A DNA stretch of 63,519 nt, filler included, from Parasitella parasitica NRRL 2501 (Eukaryota; Fungi; Mucoromycota): the NCBI GenBank assembly GCA_025201805.1. It is 10 parts of 10 records of this genome, joined end to end, with 100 filler letters (N's around TTAATTAATTAA, not from the genome) between each part and the next. Parts side by side here need not be neighbours in the genome. Positions count along the whole stretch, not along the records: positions 1 to 18,095 come from MU619428.1; positions 18,196 to 40,678 come from MU619429.1; 8 more parts are not named here. One strand, written 5' to 3'. Made by a program: the position numbers and the translations under genes. The notes below the pieces were generated by a model that was given only the letters and a program-made list of their open reading frames with translations, ran no database searches and was not told the origin of the DNA. Positions 14,064 through 28,706 of this stretch are shown here, one piece after another. Positions within the stretch are counted from its first letter, which is position 1. Each line of letters starts with the position of its first letter.

Positions 14064-15797
14064 TTATATGCTATTGATGGGGAATGATTGTTGTTGCTGT
14101 TCGTGTGGCTGATTTTCTAAATCAGCATCACTCGTATAAAAACAATACTTGCTGACCAAGTCTAAATAATAGCTTGAATTGATATCCAAAGGTGATGTCG
14201 CAGAGGAAGCAAATGACATAGCAGCAGGCATGCTGTTGGAATGGTGATGAAGGGGAGGCCGAGTAATGGTTGCAGCAGGGATAGTGGGTGATGCTTTTGG
14301 ACTAGGTGGGGCTGATGTAGATACCACGTACACAGGCTTTGAAAATGCAGATGCAGATATAGTGGAGACTTCAGTTGAATTGGAATTGCGCTTAGATGCA
14401 TGCAGATATGATGGCGTATTAATAGAATATATAGACTCGGGATTTGGTTTGCTAGCGAAAGAAGGAGTAGGAGTAGCTGTGCCAGTACAAGTACTGGATG
14501 TAGAAGTAGAAGCCGACGGTGATGGGGATGCTGGTTTAATTGATATTGGTTTCACAAGAAAGTAATCAGCAATTATTGTTGGATTTGCTTTAACAGTGGT
14601 TGCCCAAGACTCATAGGGAGCTCTTTTAGCCAGAGAAAGAGATTGTCCAAAATCATATCTTGTACCAAGCCAGGGCTGACGTTTGTTGAGATGAAATGGT
14701 TTAGCATGCTTATAACCTTTAAGTGCATTTGTAAATTGACTGTGCTTTTCCTTTTCCTCTTCCCCATCATCTTCATCTTCATCTTCATCTTCATCTGCAT
14801 ATTTATCGTCCTCTTGTGGATCATCAGTGTTTGTCGCCTTTAGCTGTCGCTTTTCAGTTGCCCAAGGGTCATTCAACGGGTCGCTGATAATCTTGATTTG
14901 ATAATGTCGACCATTATTGTTATCCCAGTAATCCTTATCACCTGCTGTGAACCTAACAGCAAACTCCAGTTTACCACGCATCTCGCCACGATCAGTCAGC
15001 TGCCTGTAGCCCAATTCCATTGCAAATTCATAAATATCAAACGATGTATTCTTCAAATAAGGGCCAAAAAAGGAAGCATCCACATCTTGAACAGTCGTCC
15101 ATGCATCGAAAGTGTATCTTATGGAAACAGATTTATCCAAGGCTAGATTTCGTACCATTAATTTGCCTTTGATAAACGAATTATCATCGCTGACAGAAAA
15201 TTGATTTTTGTCTAAAAGGATGTTTTTGGAATAATAATCGGTAGTTTCTTGTGAAGACGGCCAACGTGGACAGATGATGCGAAGAGGTGGGTTTTGTGAG
15301 TGTTTATCATGCGCTTCTTTCAACTCACATGGTGATTGTGCCTCCAGAAATAGACAAACCCTCTCTAAAAAAATAGGATTGAATTTAACGCTTGGCCTCT
15401 TTTTGCCGTTGAGTGAGGCTGATGGACTGGGTGGTGTACTATCTTGCTGTTGGAACTTATAGTTGGCTGATGATTTCGTTGAAAGGTGAAGTTCGAATTT
15501 TTTCTTCTTTACTGTCGTTATCATTGGTGTTTCCATAGCAACAGCGTTGGCCTTTGCTGTTGCTGTGTTTGCTTCAATAACAGCTGCATCTTGCTTTGGC
15601 GGCATTTTATTCATTTCCGTAAACTTTGTTGTCTTTCCAAACACACTAAACCGAGGTTTTGATATGTGCATATTCACTGCTGGTGTGAGTTTAGCCTCTG
15701 GTGCTTCCTCTACTATAGTTGATGTTGTGTAGGACGGTCGAGACCAATCCGTTCTACCCCACTTGGTCTGATTTCTTGAAAATGATTGGAATCCCAT
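14064..15797 (-). CDS. CBM21-domain protein phosphatase 1 glycogen-targeting regulatory subunit (Gac1/Gip2-like)
   Basis: Single long ORF from ATG 15797; RVxF-like SVKF; CBM21 motifs VRNLALDKSVSIRYTFDAW and EFAVRF...YWDNNNGRHY. Confidence 0.88.
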   Translation of the reverse strand: MGFQSFSRNQTKWGRTDWSRPSYTTSTIVEEAPEAKLTPAVNMHISKPRFSVFGKTTKFTEMNKMPPKQDAAVIEANTATAKANAVAMETPMITTVKKKKFELHLSTKSSANYKFQQQDSTPPSPSASLNGKKRPSVKFNPIFLERVCLFLEAQSPCELKEAHDKHSQNPPLRIICPRWPSSQETTDYYSKNILLDKNQFSVSDDNSFIKGKLMVRNLALDKSVSIRYTFDAWTTVQDVDASFFGPYLKNTSFDIYEFAMELGYRQLTDRGEMRGKLEFAVRFTAGDKDYWDNNNGRHYQIKIISDPLNDPWATEKRQLKATNTDDPQEDDKYADEDEDEDEDDGEEEKEKHSQFTNALKGYKHAKPFHLNKRQPWLGTRYDFGQSLSLAKRAPYESWATTVKANPTIIADYFLVKPISIKPASPSPSASTSTSSTCTGTATPTPSFASKPNPESIYSINTPSYLHASKRNSNSTEVSTISASAFSKPVYVVSTSAPPSPKASPTIPAATITRPPLHHHSNSMPAAMSFASSATSPLDINSSYYLDLVSKYCFYTSDADLENQPHEQQQQSFPINSI

Positions 15798-15837
15798 TGT
15801 ATATCCTTTTTTTTTTAGATTTTTATTTTTTATCAAT

Positions 15838-15873
<36 letters not shown>

Positions 15874-16157
15874 GATTTTTATTTTAGATTGTAAAGAAAG
15901 AAAGAGGGAAATGAATGGAAATGAAAACTGAAGAAAGATGATGTCTAGTTTTTTGCATTTGAGCCAATAGAAATATTTGAATCCAATGTAATGATGAAGT
16001 GAAGAATACCGTAATACATAATTGGTTTTAAAAAGTAGCAGCGATTAAATTTATCTACTTGCTCCTCTACGCGATCTAGAAATGGAATAGTTGGGGATGG
16101 ACCAATTAGTAGATTTAGTGCTACCAAGAAACAGCATTAAGATAGTACAACGTATTA

Positions 16158-17273
16158 TACAGTCCAGCTAGTGGATACTGTCGGTTACAAAAAAAAAAGT
16201 AATTGTCGGCACATTGTTGAAAGACTGGATGTAATTTTGTCGTTTAATGCAAAAGAAAATCATAGTTCCTTTTTTCTTTCAAACTTTTGAGGTCTTTACA
16301 ATGACTAATCCTTTTTATTTCGAAGATGGAATGGATAACCTTTTCGATGAGCATGGTAAATTAGTTTATGATCTCATGGGAGATGTCTTGATAGAAATAA
16401 CAGATCCAAACGTTGTACTTGAAACAATAACAAGAGTCATTTAGCTAATCAACCTGCCATAGAAAATATTGTAATGAAAGAGGCTAAAGAAACACAAACT
16501 TTAGACGATAAGTCTGCCAAGTTAGCAGTTTACATTACAGACAAGCAAGAGAGGAGTTTTTTTTTGATACACTGATTGGAAACCCTGAAGAGAAAGGAAA
16601 TATCACTAAAATTTCCAAAGAGCTCTTGATTAACCCACTTACTGCAGGAAGATGGCGGAAAACATACAAAAGATGGGAGAAGTACCTTATAAAAAATCTT
16701 TCACTGCGAAAAATGAAGACCATATTAAGAATATGATACATGATGATTCTTGGCTCTTTGCTGATGAAATTATAGAAAAATGAAGTAAAGAATTCCAGGA
16801 CTTTTCTATATCAAAGTAACAGCTTAATCATTATTTGAGGAATATTATACAGATTACCGTCTGTCCCCCCACTTTTACTCGCCCGAGTTAAATCCTACTG
16901 AACAGTACTGGGTTTTAGTGAAAGGAAAATCGAACCACTGTCGTTTGATGAAAGAAGAGACATTATCTTCTGGAATTGGTGATGCATGTGCTGACGTTTG
17001 GTTTAGTGATCTTTATGACCTTTGCTTTCATCCCAAACATCAGATTATATAAATTGCGTTAAGCTAACTTTAACTACAAATCAAATGAAGTGTTGCGATG
17101 ACTATAAAACATTATGATTCTATTAATTAAAATATAGTTGAGCGCTGTGAATTAAACCTAGTAGCATTTTTTCCTCCTGTCATTCATATTTGATTCCCTT
17201 TACAAAGCTACAAAAAATAAAAGGACTATTATCCGTGAACTGAAACTGACAGCATGGAACTAGTTTTCGAGTA
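16158..17273 (+). mobile_element. Decayed Tc1/mariner (DDE_3) DNA transposon
   Basis: YSPELNPTEQYWVLVKGK...LSSGIGDAC at about 16878-17050; left end TA-CAGTCCAGCTAGTGGATACTGTCGGTT with a degenerate inverted match at 17244-17273. Confidence 0.75.
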
Positions 17274-17440
17274 CGGAGGCAACAACACATTAGCAGGTTT
17301 TCATAGCCTGCTCATGACATTCGAATGAAGGAGAACATGAAGATGTCGAGTGGCCCTGATCAAATTCGCCATTTCGTTAAAGAAGGGGTTTCAATTCCTG
17401 TGGCGGCCCGAAGATGCGAGTATCTCATTTTACACCATAC

Positions 17441-18095
17441 ATGTCTTCTTCCACAACCAAACAGACCTTTACCTTGGGCAAAAACCCTAAAGCCTCGGGT
17501 ACCAAATCACTTGATCCCCACCGCTCATAGTCTAATGTAGCCGCAGGAAAGATCCTGTCTTGCCACAGTTCTCAACAAACAGTTGCCAACGGATCCAAAC
17601 CTACATCCTCGAAGCCTAAAAGTGGCCTAGCACCCCGCTCTTCGACCCAGGATTCCAAGTATGCCACTCGAAAAAACGATATATTTGTTGATGTCATTAC
17701 TCCCTACATCGTCGCCAAGGAGCCCAACAGTACCTTGATCGAAATTACTGATATTGCAGATACTTCTGCTTTGAAAAAATTTCTCGGTTCCTTTAATTCT
17801 GAGGAAAAGTTTCCTTTTTATGGCGCTTTATTGAAAGTGCGCAAATACTTGCAACGTACCTTTATCGAAACCTGCCGGGATAAAGAATCTGACGTCTATG
17901 AACGTCTGATGACCAGTGGTCTTCAATTGGACAAGTCCAGAACTATTAAGGGCTATCCAAGCTTGCCATCTGATGCCAAAGTCCAGCGCATCCATGTAGA
18001 CAACTTGCCGTTAAAACACCCTCGCGAACTCCGAGATTTGCTTCACAAACGTTTCTCGTCCTTGGGTGAGGTCCTCGACCTTGGTTTCCACATGG
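17441..18095 (+). pseudogene. LINE ORF1 5' fragment with premature stop, truncated by contig end
   Basis: ATG 17441 in frame with 17735 ORF; TAG at 17528; GYPSLPSDAKVQRIHVDNLP...FSSLGEVLDLG resembles AYPTLSPSANIVKLALSRLP...FGQLIDCG of the 4.4-kb ORF1. Confidence 0.72.
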
Positions 18096-18195
18096 NNNNN
18101 NNNNNNNNNNNNNNNNNNNNNNNNNNNNNNNNNNNNNNNTTAATTAATTAANNNNNNNNNNNNNNNNNNNNNNNNNNNNNNNNNNNNNNNNNNNN
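18096..18195. other. Artificial contig spacer N44-TTAATTAATTAA-N44 (also 40679-40778, 44059-44158, 46545-46644, 49631-49730, 51577-51676, 57904-58003, 59049-59148, 61200-61299)
   Basis: Nine identical 100-bp blocks whose core gives stops in all six frames. Confidence 0.98.
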
Positions 18196-18274
18196 GTTGC
18201 CATGTCCATCTTCGTGGTAAAACTGAAAGTTCATTCAAGTAATGTCTTTTTAAAAACTGTGTGGAATTAATTAA

Positions 18275-18420
18275 GAAAGTGTGCAAAAACTACTCTTACA
18301 AGTGTGCAAATATTATTTTTAAAAGTGTGCAAAAAATAAAATAAAAAGCGTGCAGAAAGTAAAATAAAATATGAGCAATTTTTTCCTCAGCTTGTGCGAA
18401 TAATTTCTGAAAATAGTGTA
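18275..18420. repeat. Degenerate ~22-bp periodic AAGTGTGCAAA array ending in a TIR-like end; MITE right-end remnant
   Basis: About six spaced motifs, then gtgcgaataatttctgaaaatagtgta resembling gtgcgtgaataatttggaaacaccctgta at 22879-22907. Confidence 0.6.
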
Positions 18421-19042
18421 CTCTTGATACATTAGCAATAGATTCAATTGATAGGATAAGACGAGTATAGAAGGGACTAGATCTGGTAATGTTACAAGCG
18501 ATAGTCTTGAGAATTCATTGTCGACTAGTACAATAATCTAATACCGGCTTCCCTTGATTTAGCCTTTTAGACGTAAATTTTGGAAACACAATTTGTTTTA
18601 ATGTAACACAACATGATCATGTGGTAATTTGAAAGATTTTTGGAACATGTATACGTCTTGATGATTATTATATATACATTGAATGAGTTGAGCTAATTTG
18701 AAAAGATGTCAAGTTTTTCCCAGGTTGGGCAAGCAAAGCCAATAAGTATATATATCATATTAAATTAGCCTAATGCTAAGAATAAAACTGTACATAAATT
18801 TGTTGCGCACATTTGCATAGACATAAACAAGTACATTCTAAAGTTTTTGTTTTTTATTACATCGTACAATAAATATATTTGTTACAAAAAAAGAAAAAAA
18901 AAAGCGAATTCATAGGAAGTGGGGACTATACGAGAAGAAAGATGCAGAAGGGAGGTTATAAACATGAATGCAAGTAAAAAAATTCTTGGTAATATAGTGA
19001 TGCTTTTACAAAAAGCAACAGTTGTGTACATGTTTAAGAAAT

Positions 19043-19603
19043 TTAGGCCAAATGCCAGCTGATTTTGCCGACACCCTTATTCATATCGCCAATAATCTTT
19101 TTAAAGAGGATAGGAGTAAGATCAAGATCGCCACTGTCGCATTCGGGACAGGCATCGTTGACAGTAGCTGTGGCAGTACCGGCGGGACCAGTGATGGAGA
19201 TCTTTTTGCCACACCATGAGGACTTCTCGCTCATGTCACCATATTGAGGAGCATTCAGAGCGACAATGAGAGAATCGTCATCTTCTTCGGGGCCACAAGC
19301 ACCAGTGGAGCCGCCTTCAGTAGCAGGCTTGAACCAGGTTCCAGTACCAGAATAACTCTTGCTGGAAGAAGAGGACGAGGAAGACTTGGCAACGGTGGTC
19401 TTTTTGCTCTTTGATTTCTTGGACTTTTTGGATTTTTTGGATTTTTTGTGGTGCTTTTTACGCTTTTCCAATTGAACAGGGTTGGAGGCCGCGGCAACAT
19501 TGGATTCAAGTTGGACGATTGAGCTGTCATCAATTGGTGCTGCAGAAGACAAAGCAGTAAGAGCAAGAACAATAGCTGTGAATAAAGTGAATGTGCGAGA
19601 CAT
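19043..19603 (-). CDS. Secreted RlpA-like double-psi beta-barrel (expansin/loosenin-like) protein
   Basis: Signal peptide, Kex2-like KR, K/S-rich linker, GTGTWF...GACG, IVALN, WCGKKI, VNDACPEC..GDLDLTP. Confidence 0.9.
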   Translation of the reverse strand: MSRTFTLFTAIVLALTALSSAAPIDDSSIVQLESNVAAASNPVQLEKRKKHHKKSKKSKKSKKSKSKKTTVAKSSSSSSSSKSYSGTGTWFKPATEGGSTGACGPEEDDDSLIVALNAPQYGDMSEKSSWCGKKISITGPAGTATATVNDACPECDSGDLDLTPILFKKIIGDMNKGVGKISWHLA

Positions 19604-21599
19604 GTTTGATAATAAAATGATTGGAATGAACTTTATGTATACTATTGACAGAAAAAAATTGATGATAAAACGACCAGCGTTATATTTGAAAAGAAAAGAA
19701 AAATAGAGAAAAGAGGTAATGATTTGATTGCATTGGTAAAATGTTGCCTATATTTATACTGGCTTATTGACTAGTGTGTAGCCATGGGGGCCGCTCGCCA
19801 CCCTTCAGTCAATTCATATTATGGTAACAAAGCACAAGCTTGATTCCTATATATAAACATTGGTCCCCGTAATTGATTGTAGTGTGAAATGTAATATAAA
19901 CTAAACCTTTCGGCGTTCAGGCACTGAAGCACTTTTCTTAATTGATTTCCGTTTTGGATGTGTGCCTGGCCACAAGCACAAGAAATTAAGGTCATCCAAT
20001 AAAAAAAAAATCATCTCGATATAAGCATGGTGCTTCTTAGGTAAGATCTTTGTCTTGCTGAAAACTCGTATCTGTTGTATAATTTATCAGAATAGTATGT
20101 ATCAAGTCATCTCATTGGCGAAAGTTTGGTTATTATATGTTGTTGGCCATTTGTGTGTTAGTTTGAATGATTTGACGGGCACTTATTGGCCAATTTGTGA
20201 AACTTGCCTTAATAAGCTTACTAATCACTGTTAATATTCAAGTTGTACGTTTGAAAAACTGGAGCCCGTATTATACGGTATTATCACTGATCTAGAAACT
20301 GACAATTAGATACAGCTTCCTTCCTTGTAAAAAATTAAACAATTATATTTCTAGATGTCTGTCAATTTACGTTTTATTTTTGTATTACAGCAAAGACTCT
20401 AATTACATCAACAAGGTAGTGATTCTACATGTATAAACCCAGTTTTTCATTCCTAACGTAAAAAAATTAGGGGAACTTGCTGATCAAACCAACCATTATG
20501 GTTTGATCAAAACTTGATATGGGACTTATAAGCCCATGGTTTTTCAGCGCCACAGCTAATCACACATCAAAACGGGAGGTCGGATCCATTTCAAATGGTC
20601 TGGTAACCATCACACAAGCCAGGAAAAGAAAGAGGCTGGATTTATCCAGACAATGGCTTATTGTACGTAATGGCACCAAAAAAAGATACATTATGATTGT
20701 TCAATTGATTAATTTTACACCTAATTTTTATTAAAACAATATGTAAGCTTTTATTATTACTATTCTTATGGATTTGACTTGGATTGAAGAGAATATCCTT
20801 TTTTTTTTTTTTTTTTTATCATTACAGAGATTAGAGCTGGACTGAGCTCCGGAGATGTAACTGTTTAATTCCTCCGTTTGTTGCACAGTGTGATACCAAT
20901 CATATCAACCAAGAACAAAAATTTGGCAGGAACCATGTATAATGTGTCTCTCATTATGCAAAATGTGCTACAAAAGTCATTATAGCTGACATTATTGATT
21001 TATCGAGTGCGCGGTATAAAGCCATTCAAGGAAACAAGCGATTGAATGATATTAAGATTCACATTCTAGGCCAACGCTTGTCTGCCATTCATGATAGGTT
21101 TTCTATAATTACGACGTTTCATGTGCAATTTAGTTGATTACATTTGTTGAATCTATCTATTCTAAAATGCTCTTTTGTATGAACTATCCTCATGAGGCGG
21201 ACAAGTTCTGATCTGTCGGAAGATCTTTAAAAAGATGTGCCACATATCAAATCAACGGGACCTTGCAAAGATCTGAAACATGGCATCATAAATAATGCCT
21301 GTACCTTGAAATGTTGAGTCTTGTCCCTGAAGATCAGATAAACATGATGCTGGCGCTTTCTATTCTGAGCAAAATTTCAGACTTTCGAAATATTAACTTC
21401 AAAAAAGTTTGCTATTATGGATTAAGTCTTTGAAATATGCAGTGTTATTATATGTTTAATAGCGTTAATTTATTTGTGAGTGTTTAAATATAACAACTTA
21501 TTCATTGTTATTATTAAAATTCATTACAGACATATATTTATGTTACAAGGCAGTTTTTGTATATGTATATGTCAATGAAAAGTCAACAAGAAAATGCAA

Positions 21600-22550
21600 T
21601 ATACTCTTTTACCATAAACCAAAGACCTTAACAGTTATTGGTTGGCTACTTGCGATTTTAGCAGTTCAACAACAAAACGTCACTTCAAAAAACTCATGGC
21701 GCCTTTACTATGACCTCAATTTCAACACAGCTGCAAGCTCAACAATACCTGTAGACTTATTATTGTGGTATAGCTTTATACTCTCCGGATTATATTTATT
21801 GACTAAATATTTCTACTACTCACTTGTACGGCTCCATACGAATTTTACGAGTCGTTTCATACGCCAAACTTAAATACTCCTGCTACGTTCTCCAATGAAC
21901 CAGAATAGGAAATTTCCAATCTAATTTATTAAATGCTGTTGACAGTTTCTGATATGATAGAAGCTAAAGCGCCTAATTATTTTAGGAGACTTCAATTATG
22001 ACTATGGGAAAGATATCGACAACATTACTTGCATAATAAGGAACTTTGCAAGGCTGGATTGGCTTTTTTAGATCAAATCTTTCATAATTGCTTATTTCAC
22101 ATCAATATTCCAAATTTCCAACGAGCATACTTTGCCGTTGACTCTGTTTTTGCAGGATCCTCCCTACGGCTTCGATTCAACGATACGTTTTTCAGTTAAA
22201 TTTCTCGATCATGGTCAGATCATGTAAACTTGGGAGTAAACTAAAAATCTGCTTTATGGTGCTGTAACCCTGCATATGCTGACAACGTCAATTGGAACGG
22301 AAAAAATACTTTTAGAAATACGAGCCTGCAGAGCAAAGCCATCGTCATCAAGTAATGATTGAGAGGCTGGAAAGAATACTTTAGAAATGACAGGGTATCC
22401 AAAAAGCAGCTTATAAATCTCTTTATAATTATATTTTGAAACAAAAGAGAATTAATGGAAAAGGTGATTTATCATGGCAAGAAAGTAAGTTGGCATATTG
22501 AAGCGCAAAAGATTGTTTCTTCCATTGCTACTATTCGAGTGCTTCGTTGC
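21600..22550 (+). pseudogene. Highly eroded LINE endonuclease fragment
   Basis: Residual AQQYL*TYYCGI, KRLIILGDFNYDY (about 21967-22005), WSDH, LWCCNPAY in shifting frames. Confidence 0.7.
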
Positions 22551-22560
22551 TGTGGAATTA

Positions 22561-22905
22561 TAGGTTGTTTCGAAATTATTCACGCACTTTTTGAAAAAAA
22601 TTTAAAGCATTAGTAAAATAAAAATTCAAGCACAAAATGAATAAAAAATCATGCACAACGTTATTACGTTTACTTCACTTTTATTTTCCTAAGAATTTCT
22701 TAGTTACTTTCAGATGTCCACAATTTATTTTGGCGATGGTAGTGAGAAGTTAACTGGCTTTTGTAGATATTCAGTAGGGGAATTTGATGATTGCTTAAAC
22801 AGAAAACCCATTTAATAAATTTTAATGTGCTTGATTTTTTATTATTTTTTCAACTGCTTGAAATTTTTTTTTCAAAAAGTGCGTGAATAATTTGGAAACA
22901 CCCTG
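22561..22905. mobile_element. Tc1/mariner-type MITE, 345 bp, with ~50-bp TIRs and TA target duplication
   Basis: TA|taggttgtttcgaaattattcacgcactttttgaaaaaaa ... ttttttttcaaaaagtgcgtgaataatttggaaacaccctg|TA. Confidence 0.9.
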
Positions 22906-23845
22906 TAAAGCAGGCACATAAGGAAAGAACTAGGAGTTGGTACCGTGGCAGGTGTCCGTTATGGAGATCAAAATGTACATAAAAAGTTCGTAGGGTCTAA
23001 CTATTTCAGCTATGTATCATGCGTATCAAAAATTTGCTTTTTAACAGACACAGTGTGCGTAGGCTTTATTCAAATACCTCAGTCTGTATGGCATCACCAA
23101 TTATAGGGCTTTTGATATATAGTCGCTGATATAAGCTCATTATTCAAGTGAAAATTTGAAAGGCCTTATTTTTAAAATACACCTTGTTTATGAAAACGAA
23201 ATAGGTGTTACACCAAAATCTGCGCACTTTAGTAAGCATGCAGGTATCTCCTGGTGCTCAATATTATTCAAACGATCTTTCTCGATCAGGGCGATAGATT
23301 TCACAGCATTATTTCGCCTTAGAAAAACCATTATATTTTCTGCCTTTTTTTTTTTTATGTGCAAGTACTCGAGGACAATAAAATTTTATAGTTAATATCA
23401 AAATGATGCCTCAGTTTTTGATTTTTTGTTTTTACAAAAGTTTATCGCACGTTGTTTGGATTTACTGCAAGAAACATGATTATTTCAAATTGAAGAGCTG
23501 AAAAAAATTGACTTGAATACAGTTTTTCAACGGGCCAAAAATTCTCTGCTCTAGATTAGCAATATCAAAAAGACTTGAATTTATAGTTTACAACTCTCGC
23601 TTTTGCAAAGTCAACAAAGGAGTTCTGTCTTTTAGCGATTTAAGGCAGATGTGGAGTGCATAACGAGACACGCATTGTGTTGTCCATTGAACTGTTATTG
23701 AATTTCGAGGATCAACACCATCAATAAACTGAGCAGCTTTGAAAACATATGTTTATCATCTATTTTTCGATCAACTCCCTTTTTGCTTTCTTTGTTTCTT
23801 CTTTCTTCATTCTTCTTTTATTTATTTTCTTTATTGCAAAACAAC

Positions 23846-25273
23846 ATGCCCTATGATTCACTTGAGGATTGCTTTAGAACGACGGACATAGCAAACTGCA
23901 TCAATATACCTCCTCTACTGTATATATATATTGTGAATGCAGTTTGGGCATGTGTGATCGGAATGATAGGTTTGTGTTTTTGATAAACCAAGTTCAATAA
24001 ACAATAATAAAAATTAACTTCTTATATCATCTAAACAATAGGTTTTGGGTTGTTATGGCATCGAGTGATCAACAAGAAATTCCCTATCTTTTATGTTGGA
24101 TCAGGATATTTCATCAGACCAAAGCCCATTGAATCCATGTTACTATTTTTTTCGCTCTCCAATATAGGTAAGCTTTATAGAAATGCATATTATTTAACAG
24201 CATCTTAATCCGTGTACGCATAGTCGACTGCGTGAAAATTGCATTACTTCTCACTGATAAATCGCCCGGTGCAATCTTGTTATCAAGTAAATACGATACC
24301 AATAGACACATATCTATTCTAACAGTAATGCACAGTTATATGTTTACAACCGCGGGTATTTGCCACCTGTGCATTTTCATGCTATCTTTTTGGGATTGCT
24401 CATACAGTCTGCAGCGTATGTGTTGCTTCATCTGAAATATAACGAGTGCTTAATCTTGGCTAAAAAAGAATAAAGATAGACTTACAAATTTGGAAAGCAA
24501 CGTTTCAAAATGTCAAAGAGAATCGACATTATTTTCACCATATTCATTATATTGCCATTCGTTACCACCAACATCTGTGCTATTGGATTAAACATTTCTA
24601 TTAACCAGAACAACCCAAAAGGCTCTGACACATTCTTCAACATAGAGTATCTTCAGTGGTTGGTGTATTGGCCTATTTTGATCGTTTGGATTTTGCTTGC
24701 GGGATTACGGCTGGTCAAGATGTTGAAAAAACATTTGTACCACCAAAACAGCCACGGCAACAGCGAGTCTATTCAAAAGAGTCGACTTGCTATATTCAAA
24801 GTATGGCAACCACAGTCAACCTGAAGCCTATACAAAAAAAATGCTAACTGCATATTACACAGGTTCGCATGACCATGGCAATTGGCATTTGTTCCACAAT
24901 TATTTTTATATTTGTTCGATACTTTTATACATTCATGGAGGACTATTTTTCAAACAACCTGGAGGGAACAGTCATTTGCTTTGGTATTGTAATCTATCAT
25001 AGCACCTTGGCTTCTACGCTGATTATTATGACCATGGTATTCAAGTGAGTTATGCTCATTACAAATGCATTGAACTGTTATAATAATCTTTCAAATTCAT
25101 ATAGTCCCAAAGCATTTCATCCTCTTGACGCAACTTCTCCCAGTGAAGACGAATCGCCTGAATCTCACGATAACACAGATGCCACCGAATCTAACTGTGC
25201 GAGACCCACAGACGAGTCTACTCTAGCAGTAAGCCCCATTGAGACTTCAGAAAAGATACCTTTGGTCGTATAA
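23846..25273 (+). CDS. Multi-exon multi-pass membrane protein of unknown function (possibly 7TM-like)
   Basis: ATG 23846; hydrophobic exons joined by GT-AG introns (e.g. GFGLLWHRVINKK...RPKPIESMLLF); acidic C-tail; internal exon borders partly uncertain. Confidence 0.65.
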
Positions 25274-26341
25274 TGAACAAAATGGCATGTCAGCTGTGCA
25301 ACTCATGCCACATTTTCTTGTAAAGTAATTTAGCAGTATTGAATAACCTGCTAATAATACACCTCTTTGATGAACCATTACTGCCTCCTTACCTCTCTCT
25401 CTCATAGTTCTGTAACACTTTACGTTTTCAAGTATTTTTGCTTGAATAATCTTTGATTAGATTTCTTTATCGTATCCTTACAACCATTGTTTATTTAATT
25501 TATTGAAACTGGAAATCATTGTTAAACAGATGTGACGAGCAGAATATCTTTAATAAATATGTGCTTTCTAATTACTATTCTAAAATGAAAGACTTGTGCA
25601 TGTCACGATGTCAATCTTCCATTGCTGAAAAGCTAACATAATTGGAAATACATGTTTCTTAAACAAACAATGAATACTGTAACGGTATAGCAAGCTAAAT
25701 AAGGGATTAAGGTAACCAAGGATAAATTGGTCAAGTATTGTGAGCTATTCTTAAAGTACGTACATTTCCCTCAAATGAACAGAGCACCCGTCATATTATC
25801 CTCAACTCTGCTGTTTTCTATTAACCCCCCCCCCCCCAAAGTTAAATTGGAAAGATTATCTAATTTTCTGCATCCAAACAAAGAAATATGTAGACAAGCA
25901 AAAGTTGAGCAGCGCGGATTGGACGTGCGGTTCTTAATCCCATATACATAGTTGAAGCTGGAGAGCCAATAATGAAATGTTTGTGAAATGGGCTGAACAA
26001 AATAATAGCTTGCCACCCCAGAGAGCGGGAACATCGACGCCAAGTGCAGCAATGGCATGATTGTTGTTATCCACCAGGTACTTTGCTATAAGTAACTGTA
26101 CAAATATATATTCAGAATTTGCTTTTAAAACTTTAGGCGCTGTCATGTCAATGAAAATCATTTGTTCGTTCACTCCTGTCATTTCCACAAGGATACTCCA
26201 AAGATGATCGACAGCTGCGTCTCGAAAGTGTCTGTCTTCAAACCACACAAGCAAACCACATAATGCAGTCCTGCTAGTGTATTTTGGGCGCGTGCTACCA
26301 GAAACTTGTTTGGTTTCCTTTTGCAACATACTCTCTATAAT

Positions 26342-27728
<1,387 letters not shown>

Positions 27729-28706
27729 ATAATTTGCAATATACATGCATAATCTTGATCCCAACACGAATTTATTTATTTATTGGATATATTTGCTATC
27801 GCTTGTTGTATTCTTTGTTTTTGAGTGTTTGAAATTCTTTGATTGCAGTGAAGCTATTTTACTTCTTTTGAGAGCATGTTTGTTACCTTGAGCATTTTTT
27901 GTATAAATTAATCAAGTATGGAAGTTTATCACTGTATTTTTTTTCTAGTTTTTCGTAAGCTTTTGCACTTTTATCTCGACTAGTACCAGGTCCAGCTCAA
28001 GACTGATTCATCAAATTGTAAAAAATTAATCAAAAGATTGGATTGAAGTCATCTATATTATTTGCTTTACGGCGAATACAAGAATATTACGTGTGAAAGT
28101 TTTTATGAGAAAAGTTATATAGTTTGGACAAATAGTCGACCTCTGTTTCTTGCATCAGAAACGTTGCCGTGCCTTATACTTTGACGCTTGAGGAACACAA
28201 TCTATGGATTTACAGAAAGTCAATATTCTAATGTGCGTTATTTATTTCATTGTAATCAAACAGCAGTAAACAAAATTGCCTCATCTTTGAATTCTCTAAT
28301 ACAAATAAAGTGCCAAGACAAAACCAATAAATAAGTAAACAAAAAGATCAATAAGCGGTAATATAGTAGATCTGTACCTGATACACTTGAATAATTATAG
28401 ACCTACTACAGTCTACAAAGAGACAGATCAACCATCTCATTTATAAACAGCAAGCATATAACAGAAAAGGCCAGAGTTTCTAAAATCGTGAACAGCAACA
28501 ACAAATGCTGAGCCATTTGTATCATATATGGAATCGTTAGAAAATGCAAAGTTGGATCGTCTAGAATTCAGGAACAGCAATCGTACAAACAAACTTTTTT
28601 TTTTTTGATCCGATGGCATCAAAAATTTGATAAAGAGGGGCAAAAAAAATGAAACGCTGACCTCCTCCACTCTTCTCTTTTCTTCAAACAAAAACAAGAA
28701 AATAAC

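Noticed and set aside
18140-18151. TTAATTAATTAA as a piggyBac target or biological motif
   Set aside because: Always centred in exactly 88 Ns; artificial linker
20481-20537. Two small hairpins (TGATCAAACCA/TGGTTTGATCA; ATGGG/CCCAT)
   Set aside because: Isolated, with no Helitron CTRR end or second copy; could be chance
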